Source: a virus
IMG/VR virus record: IMGVR_UViG_3300044675_005311
Coordinates: 8,653-72,652 of that record
DNA length: 64,000 nt
Direction: 5' to 3' (one strand)
Positions 1-9,277 of the stretch are shown here, piece after piece. Each line of letters opens with the position of its first letter. Position 1 is the first letter of the stretch. A model generated the notes under the pieces. It was not told where the DNA came from. It made no database searches and saw only the letters and a list, made by a program, of their open reading frames with translations. A program made the position numbers and the translations under genes.

Positions 1-417
1 TCAATTTCTAGCCAAACCAAGGTGGGTACAAAAACCATTATTGAGAAAGTGTTTGTGCCTTACGAAGTTGAAAAGAAAATCTATGTAGATAGCAATACTT
101 TTGATACGACATACTATGTGAAAACACCAATTCCCGTGAGTTGGAAAGACTCTTGGAATTTCTTTGGCGGTGTAGTTAAACACGATGGTTTTCACATTGA
201 TAGTTTTGGCTCGGAGAACAAAATGCGAATTACGATTGGAGAGAAAAAACGCGGGATATTCCGCAAGGCCGAACCGATTGTAGAAATCAAAAATGAGAAC
301 CCAAAAACACGGGTGACGGCGATGACTAACATCACCATAAAACAAAAACCGCCCTTTTATCAAAGGTGGTGGTTCGTTGGTAGTTTGGCTTTAATGATAG
401 GAAAAATTTTATTATGA
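1..417 (+). CDS. Membrane-anchored protein, possibly spanin-like (5' truncated by window edge)
   Basis: Frame open from base 1; C-terminal hydrophobic segment WWFVGSLALMIGKILL. Confidence 0.5.
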   Translation, partial: SISSQTKVGTKTIIEKVFVPYEVEKKIYVDSNTFDTTYYVKTPIPVSWKDSWNFFGGVVKHDGFHIDSFGSENKMRITIGEKKRGIFRKAEPIVEIKNENPKTRVTAMTNITIKQKPPFYQRWWFVGSLALMIGKILL

Positions 418-686
418 TACACGAACCACATAACCGAGTTGATGTCACCACACCCCAAGGGGATGGTGTAATTTGGCTAGTTACGGAGTACGGACACGAA
501 ACCGATACGATGTACACAATCATTTTGAACAATGGTGAAATTTGGCAATTCACCCATAAGGACATTCGCGTTAAAGACAATGTAACCTTTAACCGAGTGT
601 TTACAAAAACCGAAAAGCCTAAAGTTGGTACGGCGGTGTTGAATAAATATTTTTCATCCGAAAATCCCGCTAGTGGAACTAGGTAA
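414..686 (+). CDS. Hypothetical phage protein (90 aa)
   Basis: ATGA overlap with upstream stop; in operon. Confidence 0.6.
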   Translation: MIHEPHNRVDVTTPQGDGVIWLVTEYGHETDTMYTIILNNGEIWQFTHKDIRVKDNVTFNRVFTKTEKPKVGTAVLNKYFSSENPASGTR

Positions 687-689
687 ATT

Positions 690-1607
690 ATGAAGACGGC
701 AATAGTTATTGGTGCGAGTGGTATGGACGGCTCATTAATGAGTGAGTTATTGCTTCGCAAAGGGTATATGGTTCACGGAACTTACAATACCAACAAGCGT
801 TGGGTGGAGAACTTGTTTCACCCGAATTTCACTTTGCATCATTTTGACCTAGGACGGCAAGAGTTATTCCACCAATTTGTATTGAACATCAAGCCCGATG
901 AAATTTACAACTTTGGAGGTGTTACATTTTCACCCGATAGTGAGCGATTGCCCGACTACACCAAGGAGGTGAATTACAATGCCGTAATGAAGATTATGGA
1001 GGTTTGCTTTCACAACGACATCAAGTTTTTCCAAGCATCGTCGAGCGAAGTTTTTGGCAACATCAAGAATATGGAGTTGAACGAGCAAAGTGCAAAATTT
1101 GCACATACCCCATACGCCCAAGCCAAAAAGAATGTGGATTCGTATATGGCTTATATGAGAGAACAAGGTGCTAAATTCTACAATGCTATTTCATTCAACC
1201 ACGAGTGTGAACGAAGAGGTAAGCATTTCGTCACCGCTAAAATTTGCAACTTCGTCAAGGAGTTACGACACGGGGGTTCGCCCAACTTTTTGAAACTAGG
1301 GAGTCTTGATTCAAAACGCGATTGGGGTTACGCACCCGACTTTGTAGAAGGGTTCTATGCGCAAATGCAAGGAGAACCTACCGACTTGGTATTCGCTACG
1401 GGTATAGTCCATAGCGTACAAGACATATTGGAGTGCGCCTTTGCCCCGCACGGATATAAGTGGCAAGATTACGTCACCATCGATAGCACTTTCATTCGTA
1501 ATGATGAGAGAAACAATATTTGGGGTGATTATTCCAAAGCCAAAGAAACAATTGGGTGGCAACCAACAACTAAATTTGAAGACTTTATATACAAAATGAC
1601 ACTATGA
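690..1607 (+). CDS. gmd: GDP-mannose 4,6-dehydratase
   Basis: GASGMDGS Rossmann motif, FFQASSSEVFG, PYAQAK (YxxxK), FNHE, FVTAKI, LGSLDSKRDWGYAPDFVE. Confidence 0.9.
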   Translation: MKTAIVIGASGMDGSLMSELLLRKGYMVHGTYNTNKRWVENLFHPNFTLHHFDLGRQELFHQFVLNIKPDEIYNFGGVTFSPDSERLPDYTKEVNYNAVMKIMEVCFHNDIKFFQASSSEVFGNIKNMELNEQSAKFAHTPYAQAKKNVDSYMAYMREQGAKFYNAISFNHECERRGKHFVTAKICNFVKELRHGGSPNFLKLGSLDSKRDWGYAPDFVEGFYAQMQGEPTDLVFATGIVHSVQDILECAFAPHGYKWQDYVTIDSTFIRNDERNNIWGDYSKAKETIGWQPTTKFEDFIYKMTL

Positions 1608-2218
1608 GCATACATTCCTATTCCCAATTTGGCGAAGACGCATTCATCGCCCAACACTTTGACCCCGAATACAAAGGTATTTGCATTGACATTGGCGCAA
1701 CCGATGGAATTGGAATGTCCAACACTTACCACTTTGAGCAACACGGGTGGAAGGCGATTTGCGTAGAGGCCAACCCCGCTATGATTCCGTCGCTTACTCA
1801 AACACGAGCCAATGCCGTACATTGCGCGGTTGGGCAATACAACAACAAAGAGGTGGAGTTCAAAGTAGTCACGCTAGAAGGCGGAAACCAAACGGCAATT
1901 AGTGGATTAGAACTAGACCACCGATTGATGGAGAGCCACGCGTTCTTAAATCCACAAGTGAGCATCGTGAAAGTTCCCGAAAGAACCCTAGATAGCATTA
2001 TTGAGGATTTTGATTGGGTTACTCACATCGACTTTGTATCGATTGACACGGAGGGTACGGAATTGGATGTCCTAAAAGGATTTGATATTCCCAAATGGAA
2101 CGTGAAGATGTTTTGCATCGAGAACAATTTTAACGACCCCGAAATTGAACAATACCTAGCAATGTTTGGTTATCGCAAAGTAAGGCGACACGAAGTAAAC
2201 GACTTTTATACATTATGA
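1604..2218 (+). CDS. FkbM-family SAM methyltransferase
   Basis: YSQFGED, IDIGATDG, SNT, VEANP, SIDTEGTELDVLKG motifs. Confidence 0.85.
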   Translation: MSIHSYSQFGEDAFIAQHFDPEYKGICIDIGATDGIGMSNTYHFEQHGWKAICVEANPAMIPSLTQTRANAVHCAVGQYNNKEVEFKVVTLEGGNQTAISGLELDHRLMESHAFLNPQVSIVKVPERTLDSIIEDFDWVTHIDFVSIDTEGTELDVLKGFDIPKWNVKMFCIENNFNDPEIEQYLAMFGYRKVRRHEVNDFYTL

Positions 2219-3558
2219 GCAACAATTCAATAGACAAAGGAACACAAGGATATTTAAATTCTATGAGCCAAAAGGCGATGGAAGAATATGTAAATCCCAC
2301 AATGAATAATATGAGCCACAAATTAATAAATCTAGGAAGTATGTACACTTCCGACTTTATCGAGAATCCAAGCGAAGCGAATGGTCGTAAAACATATTCA
2401 CTTGATTTGGTTTGGAACGAAAAGTTAGGATGCCCAACTTTGACCGAGCAACCGAGCGGTGAAGAAATGTGGGGTAAATATTGGTATAAGAGCGGTACAA
2501 ATAGGTCAATGAAAATTGCTCTTTCGGATGTTGTTGAAGGTGTCTTATCGCACAAGAATATGAAACACTATTTGCTTGACAAAAAGAAAGTTTGGCTTGA
2601 TATTGCTTGTAACGATGGCACTCTTTTATCTTATGTAGATAGCAAAGCGTTTTTTCTTGTTGGAATTGACCCAATTGAAGATAAATACATAGACGAGGCT
2701 AAAAAATATGCGGATAGCGTAGTTCAAGATTATTTCACCTACGACGCTTGGGGAAGAGCCAACTCACCAAAGAAGGCCGACGTGGTTACGAGTATTGCGA
2801 TGTTCTACGATTTGCAAGACCCATTCACTTTTGCACAAGACGTGGAGAAAGTGTTGGATGACTATGGTATTTGGGTGTTACAACTTTCGTACACTCCGCT
2901 TATGATTAAGCAACTTGCCTTTGATAATATTTGCCACGAACATTGGGCTTACCACAACCTTTCTAGCGTTCAAAGAATCCTTGCTACGGCGAATATGAAG
3001 GTATTAAATGCCGAGTTAAACGATGTCAACGGCGGGTCAATTCGTATTTACGCGGTCAAGAACAATGCGAATATGAATCTTTTTGGTAGTGCGCCCAAGC
3101 GCGACGTATGGGCGATGAATGTCCAAGCGTTGTTTAATAACGAGCATCATTATGAGAATTTACCAACGTGGCTAGATTTTGCCAACAATGTTTCAATCTT
3201 GAGAATGAAAACTACCGACTTTATTGATAGGGCGAATCGTGAGGGTAAAAGCATTTGGGGTTATGGCGCAAGTACAAAAGGGAATACTTTGTTGCAATAC
3301 TTTGATTTGGATAATACCAAAATAGAGGCCATAGCCGAACGCAATCCCGACAAATGGGGATTGCACACGATTGGAACGAACATAGTCATTAAAAGCGAAG
3401 AGGATATGCGTGAAGCACAACCCGACTATGTGTTGGTATTACCTTGGCACTTTATTTCGGAGTTTTTAGTGCGCGAAAGTGAGTATTTGCAAAAGGGCGG
3501 TGCGTTCATCGTTCCTTGTCCAAACTTTAAAGTTTACACTAAGGAGGATTTGAAATGA
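2215..3558 (+). CDS. NDP-sugar C-methyltransferase (class I SAM)
   Basis: LDIACNDGTLL, SIAMFYDL, FDNICHEH, NGGSIR, WGYGASTKGNTLLQY, PDYVLVLPWHF. Confidence 0.85.
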   Translation: MSNNSIDKGTQGYLNSMSQKAMEEYVNPTMNNMSHKLINLGSMYTSDFIENPSEANGRKTYSLDLVWNEKLGCPTLTEQPSGEEMWGKYWYKSGTNRSMKIALSDVVEGVLSHKNMKHYLLDKKKVWLDIACNDGTLLSYVDSKAFFLVGIDPIEDKYIDEAKKYADSVVQDYFTYDAWGRANSPKKADVVTSIAMFYDLQDPFTFAQDVEKVLDDYGIWVLQLSYTPLMIKQLAFDNICHEHWAYHNLSSVQRILATANMKVLNAELNDVNGGSIRIYAVKNNANMNLFGSAPKRDVWAMNVQALFNNEHHYENLPTWLDFANNVSILRMKTTDFIDRANREGKSIWGYGASTKGNTLLQYFDLDNTKIEAIAERNPDKWGLHTIGTNIVIKSEEDMREAQPDYVLVLPWHFISEFLVRESEYLQKGGAFIVPCPNFKVYTKEDLK

Positions 3559-3806
3559 AAGTAACCATAGGAAACTTGATTGACCAATTGAGCATCGTCA
3601 ACATAAAGATTTGGATGGCGGAGGATGTGAAACGCGACCCCAATGCAACGGATGCCGACATTGCCAAGGCCACGCGAACGACCAACATTGCCAACCAACA
3701 ACGCAACGACTTGATTCAAGCCATTGATGAAGGTATGAATGCAATAGCCAAAGGAGAAACCCAAAAACTTTACAAGCAAGGGGAGAGCAAGATGTATGGC
3801 AAGTAG
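3555..3806 (+). CDS. Small helical protein (DUF4254-like) in glycosylation operon
   Basis: TIGNLIDQLSIVNIKIW...NQQRNDLIQAID pattern. Confidence 0.55.
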   Translation: MKVTIGNLIDQLSIVNIKIWMAEDVKRDPNATDADIAKATRTTNIANQQRNDLIQAIDEGMNAIAKGETQKLYKQGESKMYGK

Positions 3807-4512
3807 CATATTGGTAAGTGGCAAGTTGGGTGATTTGATTCATTCGATGTATGTTTCAAAGCACCTCATAGAGCGACACAACATCCGTACTAAAATATAC
3901 ATTACGGAAACCATAGAGCCGTTTGAAAACGGGGTGCATAACACAAGGGCGGAACTACGCCCCATAATCCGACAACAAAGAGGTAATGATGGTTTTGAAA
4001 TATGGGAAGGGCAACCGATTGAATACAACACAACGCTATTTCGCAATAGCCCACTTTTGTATCGTCGGTGTTGGACGGAAATAATGTGCAATTTATTTTT
4101 CCCAAACGAAGAGCCAATAAGCGGTGGATGGATGACTTACAATGAAGTTCGTAATTGGGATTCTACACTAGTCATTAATCGTCGCTACAAAAATCCAATG
4201 AGCGACCATATTCGGGATTCGTACTTATTGCAAATTCAACAACACGAAAATAGAATTTTTTTAGGAAGCCAAGCGGACTATGAAGCGTTCCCGTTAAAGG
4301 AGTATTGCAATTTGGTTATACCCGCAAATATGGAGGATTGGTTTACTTACATTGCCAAGTGTTCAAAGTTTATGGGAAATCAAAGCGCACCGCTTGCAAT
4401 AGCAAGTGCTTTAAACACACCAAGGGTGGCGGAATTGCTACCTACACAATACCCCGATTGGGTGCATTATTGGGGTGAAGAAAAGTATGGTGACATTTAT
4501 TTTGTGCAATAG
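3796..4512 (+). CDS. GT-B glycosyltransferase, GT9 (heptosyltransferase)-like
   Basis: SGKLGDLIHS start; C-terminal FMGNQSAPLAIASALNTP. Confidence 0.65.
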   Translation: MASSILVSGKLGDLIHSMYVSKHLIERHNIRTKIYITETIEPFENGVHNTRAELRPIIRQQRGNDGFEIWEGQPIEYNTTLFRNSPLLYRRCWTEIMCNLFFPNEEPISGGWMTYNEVRNWDSTLVINRRYKNPMSDHIRDSYLLQIQQHENRIFLGSQADYEAFPLKEYCNLVIPANMEDWFTYIAKCSKFMGNQSAPLAIASALNTPRVAELLPTQYPDWVHYWGEEKYGDIYFVQ

Positions 4513-4515
4513 TTT

Positions 4516-4533
4516 GTTATTTTCTAAAATAAC
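4516..4533. promoter_or_regulatory. Palindromic operator GTTATTTT-CT-AAAATAAC
   Basis: Perfect 8-bp inverted repeat immediately before a -7 promoter box; related sites recur in the window. Confidence 0.7.
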
Positions 4534-4534
4534 C

Positions 4535-4542
4535 TATATTTG
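4535..4542 (+). promoter_or_regulatory. Bacteroidota sigma-A -7 element TATATTTG
   Basis: Matches TAnnTTTG; TTTG upstream at 4513-4516; ATG 5 nt downstream. Confidence 0.75.
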
Positions 4543-4547
4543 CACCT

Positions 4548-4850
4548 ATGTCAACCAAATTAGAGTTTATACATAAGTATTCACTAGCGGAATATTCTAC
4601 CATCAAAGGTGGTAAAATGTTATTGAAAGATGGTCAACCTTGTAAGTGTCACAAGGTTGGCCCTAACATCCTACCCAACAATTTGTCGGGTGATTTAGTA
4701 CCCGTTTATGAGCATTGCACTACACATTGCACGAGGGCGTTATTGGCACTTGAAGAAGGTGTGATAATGTACATTCAAACGTGCGAAGTGCAAGCGCAAA
4801 AGTTTCCAATGGAAAATGCGGAAGCAAAATCCAAGATTGAAAAATTGTAA
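4548..4850 (+). CDS. Hypothetical protein, possible Zn-binding
   Basis: CKCH and HCTTHC clusters; own promoter. Confidence 0.6.
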   Translation: MSTKLEFIHKYSLAEYSTIKGGKMLLKDGQPCKCHKVGPNILPNNLSGDLVPVYEHCTTHCTRALLALEEGVIMYIQTCEVQAQKFPMENAEAKSKIEKL

Positions 4851-4869
4851 AAAACCACCTCCCTAAAAT

Positions 4870-5283
4870 ATGAAACAAATGAACTTATTCGGGTCATTGT
4901 TTGCGCCCAACAACGAAGAAAAAAAGTATTCTTCTAAAATTGAAGCACCCGTGTACGAACCAAAAAATGCAAAACCGCATATTTTAGAATTGGTCAACAA
5001 AGAGAAAACTCATAGGTTGATGCGAGAAATAGAAAACTCCAATTTACCCATAGAAGAAAAGACTTTTTTGATTGATTCGGCGAGAAGGCACAACGTATTT
5101 AATTATGCAAAAATCGCGGACTATTACGCACAAGCGTCACCCGAAATGCAACACTTGATGGAACGAAGTGCCTTGGTAATTATTGATTTTGAAAAAGCGG
5201 TGGAATATGGGTATGTGAAATTGTGTGATGAAATACGAACACAATATTTGGAGGAATACGGAGAAACCGATAATGGAGAATAA
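4870..5283 (+). CDS. Conserved phage protein typically paired with TAGT-like glycosyltransferase
   Basis: KYSSKIEAPVYEP...RRHNVFNYAKIADYYA...LMERSALVIIDF recognised from similar phage gene pairs. Confidence 0.6.
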   Translation: MKQMNLFGSLFAPNNEEKKYSSKIEAPVYEPKNAKPHILELVNKEKTHRLMREIENSNLPIEEKTFLIDSARRHNVFNYAKIADYYAQASPEMQHLMERSALVIIDFEKAVEYGYVKLCDEIRTQYLEEYGETDNGE

Positions 5284-6103
5284 AGATTTTGCGGTTTTTA
5301 TTATGGTGTATGGTAGACCCGAAAAAAATTGGACTTACGATACCTTAAAAAAATGCGGGTATAGTGGTAAAATTTATCTTGTAGGGGACAACACCGATAG
5401 CACTATTGATGCGTATAAATTAAAGTATGGGGAGGAGTTGTTGGTGTTTGATAAAAAAGAAGTAGCCAAAAAATATGATGCGGGTGATAATAGCGGTGAT
5501 TTGCGGAGTACGATGTATAGTGCCAACACAATATTTGAACTAGCGAAGGAAAACGGGGTCAAGTATTTTTGTTTGATGTGTGACGATTATTATTACTTTG
5601 GGTATCGTTACGATACGGGTGCAAGGATTATTAAAAACTTGGATGCGGTATTTGATAGTATGGTTGAATTTTACAAAAGCACCAATATAAAAACTATTGC
5701 GTTTTCGCAAGGTGGCGACCACATCGGCGGATTCAATAGTACTTTCCGTAGAAAGGCTATGAACTCTTTTTTTTGTTCGACGGATAGACCTTTTGAATTT
5801 ATGGGTAGACTTAATGAGGATGTAACCACCTACGTTAATTTAGGTGGTAAAGGGGATATTTTTTGCACTTTCCCATTTTTACAATTAGACCAAAAAGACA
5901 CGCAAAAGTCAAAGAGTGGATTGACCGATGTTTACCTAGACAATGGTACTTACGTAAAGTCGTTTTTTTCGGTGATGTACAATCCCTCTTGCGTTAAAGT
6001 TTCGGTGATGAATGCAAACAATAAACGGATTCACCACTCGATAAAATGGGTTAATACAACCCCAATGATAGTGAGCGATAAATACAAGAAAAAACAAATA
6101 TGA
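5273..6103 (+). CDS. TAGT/GREB1-like GT-A glycosyltransferase (candidate DNA base glycosylation)
   Basis: FIMVYGRP start, MCDDY (DxD-like), GRLNEDV, TQKSKSGLTDVY, GTYVKSF, RIHHSIKW; start taken at ATG 5273. Confidence 0.7.
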   Translation: MENKDFAVFIMVYGRPEKNWTYDTLKKCGYSGKIYLVGDNTDSTIDAYKLKYGEELLVFDKKEVAKKYDAGDNSGDLRSTMYSANTIFELAKENGVKYFCLMCDDYYYFGYRYDTGARIIKNLDAVFDSMVEFYKSTNIKTIAFSQGGDHIGGFNSTFRRKAMNSFFCSTDRPFEFMGRLNEDVTTYVNLGGKGDIFCTFPFLQLDQKDTQKSKSGLTDVYLDNGTYVKSFFSVMYNPSCVKVSVMNANNKRIHHSIKWVNTTPMIVSDKYKKKQI

Positions 6104-7362
6104 CAAAGAAAATATTAGCCTATATGGACTTTATGTGTCCCACGGGTTTCGGAACTGTTTCCCACAACGTAATGGATAGATTAACCCCTTGGTTCAAGCG
6201 GGTTGGTATTGAAGTTGATGTGGCTTGTTTGAATTATGGCAATCGTCAAACCGAACAATATAATGACCAAATTATGGCCGTCAATCCAAAGATGTTCGCT
6301 CGGAATGAAGAGGACTATTACTATCGTGATGGTATTCTCAAGATGTTGCAAGTGGGTGACTATGATTTGCTATGGTGTATGAATGATGTACCCGTGCTAG
6401 GGCCTATGTCACCAATTCTTCGCCACCTCCGTCAACAAAAGCAATTCCAAAAACAAAAGGAGTTCAAGATGCTAATGTACACCCCGATTGATAGCGTTCC
6501 ATTTGCGCGTTACTTTAAGGATTTAGATGTATGGGACGAAGTGTACACCTACACCGATTATGGTCGTAGAGAGGCGGAGAAAGCCTTTCAAAAGGTCAAT
6601 AAGCGCAAAATGAAGGTGGGCATTATTCCGCACGGAATGAATAGGTACGAATTTCAACCTTTGTTTGACAAGGAGTCATTGCGCGTCAAGTACGACATAC
6701 CACAAGGTATGTTTTTATTTGGAAATGTAAATAAGAACCAACCGCGTAAAGATATTGGAACTACCTTGTTAGCGTTCGCCGAATTTAAGAAGTGGTTTGA
6801 AGCCCAACCGCCTAATCCAAACTTGCCTAGCAAAGTAGGTTTGTATTTGCATTGTTACCACTCGGACAAAACGGGTATAAAATTGCACGTTGCTTGCGAA
6901 CGCCTAGATTTGATTATGGGCAAAGATGTGTTTTTGCCAATCGAGGATAAATACAACAACAATTCGTATTCGACCCAAGAAATCAATGAGGTGTATAATT
7001 GCTTAGATGCGTTTGTGAGTACGACGACCGCCGAAGGGTGGGGATTGACCATCACGGAGGCTATGAGCGTTGGTTTGCCCATTATTTGTGGCAATCATAC
7101 TTCGCTTACCGAAATGACCGATAATGGAGAATTGGTGTACATCGTGAACGACTTAATTCCTCACTTTCAAATTGAAGATGCGGAAAATGTGCGGATGGTG
7201 TTAAATCCAAAAGCCGTTACCGAACAAATGATAAACGTCTTTAATGATGCGCCGTTAAAAAAATGGTCGGTGAAAAACTACCAACACAAGTTTGAAGAAT
7301 ACAATTGGGATAAAATTGCCGACCAATGGAAAATTTCACTCAAAAGATTATTGAAGATATGA
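6100..7362 (+). CDS. GT4-family glycosyltransferase
   Basis: PTGFGTV, IIPHG, NVNKNQPRKD, EGWGLTITEAMSVGLP (EX7E). Confidence 0.85.
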   Translation: MTKKILAYMDFMCPTGFGTVSHNVMDRLTPWFKRVGIEVDVACLNYGNRQTEQYNDQIMAVNPKMFARNEEDYYYRDGILKMLQVGDYDLLWCMNDVPVLGPMSPILRHLRQQKQFQKQKEFKMLMYTPIDSVPFARYFKDLDVWDEVYTYTDYGRREAEKAFQKVNKRKMKVGIIPHGMNRYEFQPLFDKESLRVKYDIPQGMFLFGNVNKNQPRKDIGTTLLAFAEFKKWFEAQPPNPNLPSKVGLYLHCYHSDKTGIKLHVACERLDLIMGKDVFLPIEDKYNNNSYSTQEINEVYNCLDAFVSTTTAEGWGLTITEAMSVGLPIICGNHTSLTEMTDNGELVYIVNDLIPHFQIEDAENVRMVLNPKAVTEQMINVFNDAPLKKWSVKNYQHKFEEYNWDKIADQWKISLKRLLKI

Positions 7363-7502
7363 ATTACTTCTTAATCGGGTGTGGGATTGACAAAAGCAAT
7401 CACTTGGTGCTAGTAAAAGCGGACACCTACGAAGAAGCGTGTGCCAAAATAAAAGCAAAATGTGCCGACTACGAAGTGTTCGTGAACGCTACGATAGAAT
7501 AA
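7359..7502 (+). CDS. Small hypothetical protein (47 aa, not in ORF track)
   Basis: ATGA overlap with GT4 stop; MNYFLIGCGIDK...NATIE*. Confidence 0.5.
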   Translation: MNYFLIGCGIDKSNHLVLVKADTYEEACAKIKAKCADYEVFVNATIE

Positions 7503-7518
7503 TTTTTTGCAAAAGTTT

Positions 7519-7546
7519 GTTATTTTAGAAAATAACCATAAATTTG
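7519..7546 (+). promoter_or_regulatory. Operator GTTATTTT-AG-AAAATAAC plus -7 element TAAATTTG
   Basis: Same architecture as 4516-4542; upstream of ParB-like gene. Confidence 0.75.
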
Positions 7547-7568
7547 AATTGTCAAATAAATATTAAAT

Positions 7569-8336
7569 ATGTTCAATACTAAACAAGCACCAATGGAAAC
7601 GGAAGTAAACCAAGTGCGCGATGTTGTGGCAAACCAAGTTTACCGCACGACCAAGTACGAGAGGTTCTCGTTTTTAGACGGAAACCGCAACCTTAACCCA
7701 ATGCACTTCGAGAGATTGAAGACCGCAATTGCGACGATGGACTTAACCGAGTCTAATCCGATTCTAGTCAATGATGATTTTGAAATCATTGATGGCCAAC
7801 ACCGATTCGAGGTGTGTAAATATTTGAAAAAGCCAATTTACTATTTGCAAAAAAAAGGCTATGGATTGAGAGAGGTGCAAATGCTTAACGCCAATATGAA
7901 AAATTGGAGGTTAGAAGATTATGTAGAGGGATATTGCGATTTGGGTAATGAGGAATATTTGTATTTGCGTTCTTTCCTTGCACAACACAAATTGGGTATG
8001 ATGTCGTCCGTAACTATTCTTTCGTCTATGGGTGGCGGAAAGGCTTTGAGTATTACCGATGGAACACTACTACTACCAAACAAGGAACGTGGTGAAACTA
8101 TTGCAAAGTGGGTACAACAACTTGAGCCTTTGTATGCGGGTTGTAGAAGGAAGTCTTTTCTACTTGCGTTGGTAAAGATTTACTCAATTAGGCAATTTGA
8201 CTTTAGTCAATTGATGGCTAAACTTTCGTACCAACAAACCAAATTAGTGGATTGTACCGATATGAAAGGTTATTTAACTTTGCTAGAAGAAATTTACAAC
8301 TTTAAGGAAAGAGGCACTAAGTTGCGTTTTTTCTAA
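7569..8336 (+). CDS. ParB/Srx N-terminal-domain protein
   Basis: GNR...NPILVNDDFEIIDGQHRFE motif. Confidence 0.75.
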   Translation: MFNTKQAPMETEVNQVRDVVANQVYRTTKYERFSFLDGNRNLNPMHFERLKTAIATMDLTESNPILVNDDFEIIDGQHRFEVCKYLKKPIYYLQKKGYGLREVQMLNANMKNWRLEDYVEGYCDLGNEEYLYLRSFLAQHKLGMMSSVTILSSMGGGKALSITDGTLLLPNKERGETIAKWVQQLEPLYAGCRRKSFLLALVKIYSIRQFDFSQLMAKLSYQQTKLVDCTDMKGYLTLLEEIYNFKERGTKLRFF

Positions 8337-8343
8337 AATAGAG

Positions 8344-8417
8344 TGCGGGGTGGTGTAGCGGTAGCATAGGTGGCTCATAACCACTTGGTCGCAAGTTCAA
8401 ATCTTGCCCCCGCACCA
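8344..8417 (+). tRNA. tRNA-Met (CAT); initiator vs elongator/Ile2 identity uncertain
   Basis: Acceptor TGCGGGG/CCCCGCA; anticodon arm GGTGG-CTCATAA-CCACT; T-arm GCAAG-TTCAAAT-CTTGC; ends CCA. Confidence 0.9.
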
Positions 8418-8494
8418 AAGGCTATCCAATAGTGGCCCAAACACGAAAGGTGTTTAAACGGATGTAAATTATTTATCATAATGATTAATTTTAG

Positions 8495-8521
8495 AAGGGG
8501 GGGGTATTGGACTCCCTTTTT
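8495..8521 (+). terminator. Intrinsic terminator downstream of tRNA
   Basis: AAGGGGGGGG-TATTGGA-CTCCC-TTTTT hairpin plus T run. Confidence 0.55.
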
Positions 8522-8573
8522 GATTTAATGGGAAGATATTCATCGGAAGTATAACAACGTAAAAAGAGTAGTT

Positions 8574-9134
8574 ATGAGATTATGTGAATTTGATTGTTCA
8601 ACGGGTTTGATTAATGTTTTGTATCACGATAAAATAAAAGATATATCCGTTAGAACATCAACGATTGCGGATATGTTATTAATTGACAAACTGCAAAAAG
8701 AAAATAGTAAAGCCGTTGGATTTATTCAATCAACTATATGGGATAAATATGTGTTTGGTGGTGAACGGAATTTTGTTGTTTTAATATGCGAGGCAAACAA
8801 TGATGCCGTTGGTTATGTATTAATCACACCAGGTATATCATCATATCGGTATGCGAAAATTCAGCAAATATGTGTGCGTGACGACGCAAGAAGATTGCAT
8901 TACGGAACGGCATTGTTAGATGTGTGTAGACAATTTTGCGTTAAGTTCCATCGTCTTGGATTTACTTTAAGATGTCGTGTTGACCTCGATTCAAATAATT
9001 TTTGGAGGTCGTTGGGATTTACCAATTATGCAACTTGGGAAAAGGGCAAAATCAATCACGTTGGATTCAAAGCGTCAAACGACATTAATCTTTGGAAAAT
9101 TGAATTAAATAATAACATAATGCAACTACTATGA
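8574..9134 (+). CDS. GNAT-family acetyltransferase
   Basis: IQQICVRDDARRLHYGTALL (motif A), SNNFWRSLGF. Confidence 0.8.
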   Translation: MRLCEFDCSTGLINVLYHDKIKDISVRTSTIADMLLIDKLQKENSKAVGFIQSTIWDKYVFGGERNFVVLICEANNDAVGYVLITPGISSYRYAKIQQICVRDDARRLHYGTALLDVCRQFCVKFHRLGFTLRCRVDLDSNNFWRSLGFTNYATWEKGKINHVGFKASNDINLWKIELNNNIMQLL

Positions 9135-9203
9135 ACTATCATTAATAAGTCAAAGATGTCAACAAATTAATTTGGGGTATTGGAATCCTTTTTTTTATAT
9201 AAA

Positions 9204-9232
9204 AGAAAAGGGCGATACATTCCGCATCGCCC
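9204..9232 (-). terminator. Intrinsic terminator for the small minus-strand gene
   Basis: GGGCGAT...ATCGCCC stem followed by T-rich run on minus strand. Confidence 0.55.
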
Positions 9233-9277
9233 GACTTCCCAATCTTGGGTTTGCACAGACAAACATCCCAACAAGAA

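Noticed and set aside
8391-8417. tRNA 3' end as an attachment site
   Set aside because: No second copy and no integrase seen in the window
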